From Basidiobolus meristosporus CBS 931.73 (taxonomy: Eukaryota; Fungi; Basidiobolomycota), in NCBI GenBank assembly GCA_002104905.1, contig MCFE01000823.1, forward strand, positions 1-33,173: 33,173 bases of DNA, in the 5' to 3' direction. The notes below the pieces were generated by a model. That model did not search any database. It was not told the origin of the DNA and saw nothing but the letters and a program-made list of their open reading frames with translations. The first letter of the stretch is position 1. The number at the start of each line of letters is the position of its first letter. Shown one piece after another: positions 20,769 to 30,999 of this stretch. A program made the translations under genes and the position numbers.

Positions 20769-21379
20769 ATGGCAGGTCATCATTGAATCTTACATTTTTG
20801 TAGGTGTAATGTCTCAAATACAAGACTATCTTAAGTTCACATGAGTATTGACCAAAAAGTGACATAATAGCAATGTGTTGTTGAAGGTCAAACTGTTTGC
20901 TCCATGGACAAGACTGCTTTGATATAATGCCATAACAGAAGAGAAAAAAGACTATGTGGCTATTGTAGCAAGCCTCTCAGCAATGAAGCATGCAGACAGC
21001 ATAGGAAGAATTGCAAGGATCATGGCCAGTGTTTTGCCACACAAGTCATATTTGAGCAATCATCAGTCACTACTGTACTGACATTATCTTGCCAGCCAGT
21101 TGATACTTCTATATCAGCGCCTGGCTGTCTTAGTAACTTTGCACAAACTGAGTCAGGTGAGTTTGTAACACCTTTAGGCTCACCTCAGCCTTCTGAATAT
21201 GGCACACAGAGTAATAGCTCTAATAAAGAAGGCTGATTAATGGATTGTGAGCCTATCTCCCCTAACAACAGTACCACATATGAGCCTGGTCAAATCCCAG
21301 TATGCAATGAGACAGCACCTGTTGAAACAAATGCCAAGGATTCTTTATGGAGCCAAGTGAGCCTAGTGACCCATCTACT
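20769..21379 (+). pseudogene. N-terminal fragment of the CACTA transposase, copy A
   Basis: Aligns with 31000-31610, including the KR(L/P)CGYC.KPLS.EA.RQHRK zinc-finger-like motif. Ends where copy B begins. Confidence 0.72.
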
Positions 21380-21712
21380 ACCCTATGAAAAATTATTGAT
21401 GATGATCCTGTCAAATGGCCGTCACAAAGTTAATGTCCCGTGACTGAGAGGTACTGATCTTGTCAGGGCACCATCCAGTGGCTGTTGAAAAATAATTACA
21501 CCCCAGATTTCACAAAAAACTTTGTCAAAATTTTTCATCACAACAATGTATAAGTGGCTTTTGATTGGTTCCCTGCCAATTTGCTCACTTTCTGATCCCA
21601 GACACTCTATTGCCTCCTATGTTTGTGTGAATTGATTGGCTATTGCCTCTTTTTCACACTCCTTACTTCCTGACTCAACTGTTTCTCTTACTTTTCATGC
21701 GTACAAATTGAT

Positions 21713-23769
21713 TTATTTCCATTGAAGCTTCAGTTGTACCTCAATTGCCAATTGTATTGACCTATACTGGTCTCTATACCCTACACTAACATTAAGCGCA
21801 ACCCCACACTCAACAAGTAACTCCACTAAAATCCACCACTCAATAAGTATTTCTGCTGTAATACTCTGGTTCCACAACTTTGGCAGGAACCCAATGGCTT
21901 TATGCCACTGTTCATTCAATGGTTCCCACATGTCCTGGCCTTCAGCCAGCACTGCAAGGTCTAGCTCCTCATCTGCCAGTCTTTGCAATAAATCCTTGCA
22001 ATATTCCAGTTCATTTTCTTGAGCACTGCTCTTGAAGAAGTGCTGCAACCTCTTGGTGTGCCTATTAATGTTCCAAAACTCCACTTAAGGCATTGTGATA
22101 GTCTTTCAAGCTCTTGACATTGTAGCCTTGTCTGTCAGTGGGATCTACACTCAGTCAACAATGGAGGCTGTGGTGGACAAATTGCCTTTTTCAGCAAACT
22201 CATCTACCTTGCTGGAGTGTAGCTCAACTGGCTGTGCTTCCAACTCTTGTGAAAACAGCTGTTTTCTTGTTGGTAATTCTTCTTGGCTATGATGGGATTC
22301 AGTCTGTTCTGGGCTTACAGCATCCATTGGCAAGAACTGCAGTTTTTTTTGCATGCCTCCCTGTCTCAGGCTTGGGTAAACATTTTTCCCTTTACCTTTT
22401 CCTTTATCACTGCCAGGTCTTTCACTGCTACTTGTCTGAGTGCTTCTTGTAAAGAACTACGTTTTCTCCTGGATAAATTCTGCTCTGACGCATCTGTTTT
22501 GGCCTGCTTGTCCCTTGCTGGCACTCTGAGGGCAACCTGACATTTCTTTTCAGCTTGTTTTGAGCTCTCAACCGTAGTTGTGATGGGCTCCTGCAAAAGC
22601 AGCTGGTTTTTATCACTGCCAGGTCCTTCACTGCTACTGTGACTGGGTACTTCTTGAGTGGTACTATGCTTTATCCTTGATAAATGTTGTGCTGGTGCAT
22701 CCATGTCTGCCTGCTTGTCCTTAATTGGCACTCTTCCAGCTGCCTGACATCTCTTTGACGCTTGTCTGGAGCTTTCAGCCCTGCTTGTAACAGGCTCTTG
22801 AGGAAGCCGCTGGTTTTTAGCCATTGCACACTTGTTCTTCTGCCTTTGATAGTTTCTGCTACTCTTAAGATACTTTCTTAGCATACCAATGCTGGCCCAA
22901 AATCTGTTTGCCTGTTTGAATCCAGGATAATGCACATGGAACAAGTCAAGTGCATTCTGCTTAGCCTTAAGTTCCTGATGGTCCCAAGGTATGCTGGCCT
23001 TAAGGTGATGGAGTGCTAGACTTCTGATGGCCTCTTGTATATTAGCCCACTCTTCATTATTGCACTCAATGGCTTCACGGATCTTCAATGTCTTTTGATT
23101 TTTAGGCTTTGGTATAAACACCACATTGTCTCCCTCCCATGCTGTGATAGGTTTTTCTGTGGGCTTTATCTTTGGGCACTGTTGTTGTGCTTCAAAGACT
23201 GTATGGTGTTCCTCTGCTGTTACATTGGGAAATGGCTCAATTCTTGGCTGTGACATTGAGCTACTTGAGTTCCTTCTTTGCAGCAAAGATACTGCTTTCT
23301 CTACCTGGGATATTGATTGCGCTACACGTATTATCTGCTCATCCTGCTTCTGGACTACTTCCTGATTTCTCTAGGCCATTGCATCTATCCTAGCAGCCAC
23401 TGCACTTAATTGCTTCATTAATGCTTTGGTATGAGCTGACAACATACTTGCAAATGTGGGTGGTGGTGATGTTATCATGGCCACTTGCTGATCTTCAACA
23501 GAGGGTACTGCGTTTGCTACATTCTCATCTGCCTGAGCATAATAGTCAGCTTGTGGCTCCACAGAGGTTCTCAATTGTCTACTTGACTGAGAGCCTGAGG
23601 TGTCCGCATTATTACCTTGAATGGGCACACTGTCCACAGGGCCTTTTTTGGATGTAGCCCTACTTGTTGCACTAAATGTCAAAGCAAGCTGTTGTCCAAC
23701 TGTTCTTCTGTTGCCATTAGCGGTGGGATTTGGTTGAGAACCAGACAACTTTGCATTATTTTTTGGCAG
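21713..23769 (-). pseudogene. Accessory ORF of CACTA copy B (its ATG is displaced to 30910-30912 by the gypsy insertion)
   Basis: The frames of track ORFs 23371..23811 and 22366..23286 join through a TAG where copy A has CAG. There is a 1-nt deletion near 22430. The C-terminus ...QLKLQWK* is at 21713. Confidence 0.72.
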
Positions 23770-24840
23770 TGTAGTGGGGTGACAGTGACACCCACTGACA
23801 GATGTGCTCATTCCCTTATTTTCTACTTCCCTATATCTCTACTACACTTATTTTAGTTTTATCCCATTTGTCTTACCCAATCAGTACTATCCCATAAGCC
23901 GGTTGACTATCACACCTGCTTACCTTATTGCATAAGTTACCCCTCACTTTATGTAAGATTACTAGCTATAAGTACTTCTATATTAGGCAAGTACCCGTAC
24001 CAGTACCCGTGACACATGATCAGCCCGTGTCACCATCCCTACCATTTCCATACCATATATGGTATCCCCATGTTACACAGGTTTCAGTATACTGATTCCT
24101 GATTGGTTGGATGTGCTGTGCCTCTTAGAACCTTCTGGCACCTACTTAGAACATTCTTAGGTCATTCTGATGTCATTAAGATTTCTATTGATCTCTGGAA
24201 CCTTCTGGAACACCATGATTAGTAATCACTTAGCCAGTGAGAAAAGTATATAAGGGAGGCTATCCCTCAACAATAAATCATCATCCCTTTTATCAATATA
24301 CCGGCTTGTTGATTAGTGTGATCACTGCTACCTGCTGCTACCTGAACTTCCAACCCTAGACCGCAGGACACTCCCAGGAAACCGCGCTGACAGCCAACTG
24401 ACCTTGGAGGCACTACTTGTGAGGAATACTCAGAGTAGGTATCTTTTATTATATTTGATTCTTTCCCAAGTTTGTTCTTGTACAGGCAAAGATACTTTTC
24501 TGTCTTTGTAACTATTGACCACAGCTGCATTCTTATCAAGTCCCTGCTGGTGGAGTTTACAGTTGTTTTGACTTTGGAAGCTTTAGTACATTGTCATCTC
24601 AAAGGACGCTGAACCCAGCACATACTTTTGTTAAGATGCCAACTAAGTTGGGGATTGTAGCTCAATAGTTTTCCCTTGACAAGCTTGTGGCTTTATTCCC
24701 CTTCACATTAGATTAGAGACAGAACCCAAGTATTCCTAGCAAGCTTTTGCCAGAGGTTATTGCACCCAGTGAACACCCCACACACAAAACACTTGAGAAG
24801 TGTTGGACGTATCTCTCCCTTGGACCTATACACCATCACA
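23770..24840 (+). repeat. Gypsy 5' LTR
   Basis: Direct repeat of 29835-30905. TATATAA at 24247-24253 and AATAAA at 24272-24277. Confidence 0.97.
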
Positions 24841-24844
24841 TATT

Positions 24845-24862
24845 TGGCACCCAACGTGGGGG
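24845..24862 (+). promoter_or_regulatory. Gypsy primer binding site, tRNA-Lys(CUU) type
   Basis: TGGCACCCAACGTGGGG compared with TGGCGCCCAACGTGGGG, the complement of the conserved eukaryotic tRNA-Lys(CUU) 3' end; one CG>CA difference. Confidence 0.8.
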
Positions 24863-24981
24863 GTTCATACAAGCTCCCTAGGACCCAACAAGATTTACCT
24901 GAAGATTTGAGCTGTTATCCACCTATTGAAAAGAAACTACCAATATTACCAAGATTACAACACCAACATACCTACCCAAAA

Positions 24982-27900
24982 ATGAACTCTATGCCATTAC
25001 CACTCTCACATGGAGCCCCACAGTTTGATGGAAAGAATGTGGAGAACTTCATATTCAAATGGGAGAAGCTCTGCAAGATGTGCAGCCTATCTGAACAAGA
25101 AATGGCTGAAGACTTCCCCTACTACTGCACCGATGATATTACCACTAAGCTTCTCAGACAAGGAGACATTCTCACTGACTGGGCCTTAATGAAGACCTAC
25201 CTACAGACCGAGTATGGTAGACCCCAGATATACTATGGAATTGAAGACCTCAGGCACTTTGGAAGAACTGGACTTTCCAAGCTACCACTTGAAGAGTTCA
25301 TTTAACAGTATGAAGATATGGCCAAGCCACTCCTAGAGTACCAGGCTAAAACTGAGTTTACCATGACACTTTACCTTGCACAAGGGCTTCCCCAGGACTT
25401 GGCAAGGAAAGTTGACTTACATGCAGCCAAGGATGACAAGTCTGGCATTCCTTGCTTTGCAGAGATGAAACGTGTTCTCCTAGAGGCAAAGCAAACTTCT
25501 ACCTTTATGAGACTCCTGACATCTAATCTGCCAGACCAGTCAACCAAGGAGCCAAGGAGTGCTGCTGCTGACAATCAGACCTACACTACCGACAGAATTG
25601 ACCAACTTGCTGAACAGCTACAAAAGCTAGCCCTCAAGATTAATGGCTCAGCTGAGGTTGCTACTGAGGGACAAAGACCTTTGCCCAGGCACTGCATCTG
25701 GTGTGACTCTACTCAGCATGCCATATGAGAATGCTCAGAACTTAGCCAGCTACTCAGAGAAGGAGCAGTACAGTTTGATGCTGATGGAATGCTTGCTGAC
25801 AAGGAAGGCAGAAAGATTCCCACTAATTTCCGAAGAGGAGGGATGAGAGCCCTTTTCCAGAAATCTGACTCAGCAACCAGAAAGATTACTGTTGATGCCC
25901 CTATTGGGACTCATAAAGCAAATCCAAGCAGCCCTGACAACAGACAATGTGAAGTTGATGCCTTTGCTACCAAAAGACACCTCCCTGAAGAACCTGAAGT
26001 TGTTATTGACAAGAAGCCTAGTATGCTGCCCACCCAAAATCCATTGCCTCACTTTCAGATGACCTCAAAGATAGCAAGCTACTCAAGCCCTCAACTGATT
26101 ACTGAGAAGCTGCTGAAGCAGAACCTCACTTTGTCGGTTGGAGAAATCATGAGTGTATCCCCATCTGTTAGGAAGACCTTTGATGAGCAGCTTAGAACAA
26201 GACGACAAGCTGTTGAACATATGGACACTCATATAATTCAGACAAACCATGAAGACCACCAAAAGGATGACAACACCACTGAATATAAGACCTTTTACTC
26301 AGTTGCAACTGCTGTGGTTAAAGTGTATATATATGATGACCCTATTGACTGCCATATTGACAGTGGCTCAGAGATTTGTGTTGTGCCGCTAGACTTCTGG
26401 AAGACACTTAAAAGCAAGGAGCTACTGCCTGTTGATAGAGATATTGGATGGAACATGACCGATGCAAACTCAGGATCTAGTCCACTCTACGGTGTAGTAC
26501 ACAAGTTTCCTATTGAGGTACAAGGAATCAAGGTCTGGCTTCCCCTCTTCATCTGCCAGAAGGCAAACTTTGACCTTCTGCTAGGTAGACCATGGGAAAC
26601 CAGTACTAAGGCTACAACTACCAACTATTCCGATGGGTCAGTATGGTACACCATACAAGGATCCAATCCAGGACTACAGTCAACCTTCTGTGGTGTGACA
26701 CCCAACAATAAGAGGACACATACTGCTTGCCAGAAGGCACATCTTGTTATGGAAGAAGATGAAGAGCCTGACAATATACTCCCCAACATTTGGAGCTGCT
26801 CATTAGGTATACAGGAGCAAACAGCTATGGTTTGAACAAAATACAAGACAGTAGAACAAAAGATTAGACCATCACTTACCCCACTGACTGATGGATCTTG
26901 ACCTGCTGATTACATTAGACCACCAGAAGAAACACCAGATGATATACGGCTTACACCTGAGAGACTTAAGCAACTTATCATCGGTGATGGAAACCTAACA
27001 CCAGAGGAGATACTATTATTCAAGGAGACCTTGAAAAGGCATGATAAGGTCTTCTCATATAATGACAAGGAGATGGGACTCTTAAAGACATTGGTTGAAA
27101 AACCCATCAAGATTCATACAGTGCCCCACACACCTTGGTCATTTAAGCCTTACCCACTGCCCAGAGGACTCCAAGCTGATGTGCATGACCTACTTAAGAA
27201 GAAGATAGAAGCTGGTATCCTAGAACCTTGCCATGGACCCTATGCTAACAGATGGTTTGTGACCAAAAAGAAGAATGGAAAGCTCCAATTCATTCAAGAC
27301 ATGCAACCTGCAAATGCTGTCACTATCAGATATGCTGCTATACCTCCATCTATTGATGACTTTGCAGAAAGCTTTAGTGGCCACTCCATCTACTCAACAT
27401 ATGATCTCTACTCAGGATATGACCAGATCCCCCTTGATGAGACATCAAGAGATATGTTTGCACTACAGACACCATTTGGACTGCTAAGGATGACAAGACT
27501 CAGCCAAGGGGCTACAAACTCTGTGGCTCAGTTCCAGAGATGCATGGTGAATGTGCTGTACCAGTTTATACCTGAGAAACTTGCTGTCTTTGTGGATGAC
27601 ATAGGCATCAAAGGATCAAAATTCCGGGACACCACTGAAGTTATGCCTGGAGTAAGAAAGTTTGTCTATGACCATATTGCAGACAATGATGCCATATTAG
27701 GAGCCATTGAAGAAGCTGGACTCACCATCAGTGGTGAGAAAAGCAGCTTTGGTGTATCAGAGATATCCATTGTTGGTCAAAAATGCAACACCTTTGGTTG
27801 TTCACCTGGAGACTCCAAGACACAAAAGATATGCAACTGGCCTACCCCCACAAATCTCACACAAGCTCAAGGCTTTGTGGCTGCTTGTGGGTTCTTTAGG

Positions 27901-29795
27901 ATCTGGATCCCAAGATTTTCTGAGATAGCAGAACCAATTTACCAACTACAGAGAAAGAACACCCCATTTATCTGGGGAGAAGAGCAAGAAGAAGCCATGC
28001 AATTACTGAAAGAGGCCTTAGTATCTCCACCAGTTCTAAGACCTCTTGACTATCAAATGCTGAATGCCCACCTATTTTGACAGTGGATGCAAGCCCTATA
28101 GGAGCTGGAGCACTACTTGGGCAAGATGATGAAGATGGCAACCGCTATGCCTGCAGATATGAGAACTGCCTATTCTCTCCTAGAGAGCAAAGGTACTCAC
28201 AGATTAAGAGAGAACTACTAGGAGTTGTGAAGATGCTGAGGAAACTAAAGTCACAACTCTACATGACACATTTTATCCTGGAGACAGATGCCAAGCCACT
28301 TATAGGAATGATCAACAAGCCTGACCTACCTGATGATGCCACAAACCAATGGATGGCATGGCTGAAAATGTTTGACTTTGAGGTCAGACATATCCCTGGC
28401 AAGACAAATGTTGTGGCTGATGCACTCTCCAGGAAGGGACCACAATTATTTGAAGACTTGGACCCTCACTTTGATGATATTATTGATGCAGAGATCCAAC
28501 AGATTGCCATCAAAGACCAAGAGAGAACTACCTGGGGTCTGATCAAGGAATATCTAAGGACACTTAAGAAACCTAGTTGGATGGATATTCAGGAGTTTAG
28601 AAAACTCAGGAAGAAGGCACACCACTACTATCTTAAAGATGATCTTCTCTTTAAGCGAGTGAAGCCTGGACTTATGCCAAGAAGAGTAGTCACTACCCCT
28701 CAAGAGCAACTGAACATCATGACAAGTATCCACCAAGGAGAACCAGGAGGACATAGAGGACAAGAAGCCACCTACTATACCACAGCTCAGAGGTACTACT
28801 GGGAAAACATGTACTATGATATTCAACACTTTGTTGAGTCATGTGTAGCCTGCCAGAAGGGATCCTCCAAGCGTTATGAAGAACCACTGCATCCTACTTA
28901 CACAATCTGTCTATGGCAAAAGGTTGGTATTGACCTTGTCCACATGCCAACAGCTGGATCAAAAAAGTACCTGATTGTTGCTAGAGATGACGTTAGTGGA
29001 TGGGCAGAGGCTTGAGCCTTGCCCAACAACAAGAGCCATACCATATGGAGATTTATACTTGAAGACATCATCTGCAGATTTGGCTGCATCCGACAGTTTG
29101 TTGCTGACAGAGGAGAGATGACATCCCAAATGATCCAGGAGTTGTGCTCAAAGTACAAGATACACATTGCTTTTACAACCGCCTACCACCCTCAAGCCAA
29201 TGGAATGATAGAGAGAGGACATGGACCATTGGTGAACTCTCTTGTCAAGGCCTGTGAGAATAACACAACACTGTGGCCACAGCAATTACATCTTGCACTC
29301 TGGGCAGATAGAATTACTACCAAGAGAACAACTGGATTATTGCCATTCAAACTACTCTATGGACATGACTGCATACTACCAGTTGAGTTAAACACAGTCA
29401 CTTGGAACTCATTGAATTGGAGATCCAATATGCAGACTGAAGACCTCCTTGCAACTCGCATACAGCAACTTGATCACCATGACTTGAATATCAGCAGAGC
29501 TGCTGAACAACTTAAGGATACATGACTAAAGAACAAGGTGCCCTTTGACAAATCACACCCAACAAGACCAAAACCACTATCACTAGGAGACCCAGTATTA
29601 CTCTACAATTCTACCTTGGATAAGCAATGGAGTTGGAAGCTTGACAACAAATGCACTGGCCCCTACCTCATCTCCAAAGTGATTGGAAATGGAAGTTATT
29701 ACATATCTGAGCTTGACAACACCCAGTTGAGAGCACCAGTTGCTGGAAATTGACTTAAGTTATTCAAGCATAGGAATTTCGCACATCAAGATTAG
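24982..29795 (+). pseudogene. Gypsy single-frame gag-pol, disrupted by 7 stops and 1 frameshift
   Basis: Gag APQFDGKNV; protease IDSGSE; RT DLYSGYDQI, QGATNS, FVDD; RNase H TVDAS, ETDAKPL, VADALSR; integrase GGH..CVAC, GIDLVHM, ADRG, PQANGMIER. Stops at 25303 (TAA) and at 25726, 26833, 26899, 29013, 29523, 29751 (all TGA). Frameshift near 28055. Confidence 0.93.
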
Positions 29796-29820
29796 TTTGC
29801 TTTGACCCAAGTTCAAAGCT

Positions 29821-29834
29821 GAGAGGGGGGTGGA
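29821..29834 (+). promoter_or_regulatory. Gypsy polypurine tract
   Basis: GAGAGGGGGGTGGA immediately before the 3' LTR. Confidence 0.85.
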
Positions 29835-30905
29835 TGTAGTGGGGTGACAGTGACACCCACTGACAGATGTGCTCATTCCCTTATTTTCTACTTCCCTATA
29901 TCTCTACTACACTTATTTTAGTTTTATCCCATTTGTCTTACCCAATCAGTACTATCCCATAAGCCGGTTGACTATCACACCTGCTTACCTTATTGCATAA
30001 GTTACCCCTCACTTTATGTAAGATTACTAGCTATAAGTACTTCTATATTAGGCAAGTACCCGTACCAGTACCCGTGACACATGATCAGCCCGTGTCACCA
30101 TCCCTACCATTTCCATACCATATATGGTATCCCCATGTTACACAGGTTTCAGTATACTGATTCCTGATTGGTTGGATGTGCTGTGCCTCTTAGAACCTTC
30201 TGGCACCTACTTAGAACATTCTTAGGTCATTCTGATGTCATTAAGATTTCTATTGATCTCTGGAACCTTCTGGAACACCATGATTAGTAATCACTTAGCC
30301 AGTGAGAAAAGTATATAAGGGAGGCTATCCCTCAACAATAAATCATCATCCCTTTTATCAATATACCGGCTTGTTGATTAGTGTGATCACTGCTACCTGC
30401 TGCTACCTGAACTTCCAACCCTAGACCGCAGGACACTCCCAGGAAACCGCGCTGACAGCCAACTGACCTTGGAGGCACTACTTGTGAGGAATACTCAGAG
30501 TAGGTATCTTTTATTATATTTGATTCTTTCCCAAGTTTGTTCTTGTACAGGCAAAGATACTTTTCTGTCTTTGTAACTATTGACCACAGCTGCATTCTTA
30601 TCAAGTCCCTGCTGGTGGAGTTTACAGTTGTTTTGACTTTGGAAGCTTTAGTACATTGTCATCTCAAAGGACGCTGAACCCAGCACATACTTTTGTTAAG
30701 ATGCCAACTAAGTTGGGGATTGTAGCTCAATAGTTTTCCCTTGACAAGCTTGTGGCTTTATTCCCCTTCACATTAGATTAGAGACAGAACCCAAGTATTC
30801 CTAGCAAGCTTTTGCCAGAGGTTATTGCACCCAGTGAACACCCCACACACAAAACACTTGAGAAGTGTTGGATGTATCTCTCCCTTGGACCTATACACCA
30901 CCACA
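29835..30905 (+). repeat. Gypsy 3' LTR
   Basis: Same length as the 5' LTR; only 2 substitutions seen by eye. Confidence 0.97.
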
Positions 30906-30999
30906 GCGGCATATATTTTGAAGTGCGTCAAACCAAAGGGGTAATAGTGTTACATATACGTGTGTATGTGGTGCCACAACTTTATTTATAATGCTTACT

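Larger units (their letters stand above)
18287..21380 (+). mobile_element. CACTA/En-Spm-like DNA transposon, copy A (left end, accessory gene and 5' part of transposase), cut by copy B
   Basis: Colinear with 21381-23769 plus 30910-31610. Homology between the copies begins exactly at CCCTATG in both. Confidence 0.75.
23770..30905 (+). mobile_element. Full-length Ty3/gypsy LTR retrotransposon with a disabled gag-pol
   Basis: 1071-bp LTRs (TG...CA) at 23770-24840 and 29835-30905; PBS; PPT; PR-RT-RH-IN order; 4-bp TSD GCAG/GCGG confirmed by the empty site in copy A. Confidence 0.97.

Noticed and set aside
24267-24539. 90-aa minus-strand ORF, repeated at 30332..30604
   Set aside because: It appears twice only because it lies in the LTR. 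It has no recognisable motif and starts at a non-ATG codon.
24982-29795. TGA reassigned or read through as a sense codon, since six gypsy stops are TGA and every genuine terminal stop in the window is TAA or TAG
   Set aside because: The same ORF also has a TAA and a frameshift, the CACTA transposase has TAA/TAG lesions, and no host gene has an internal TGA. The sample of stops is tiny, and CGA>TGA deamination explains the pattern more simply.
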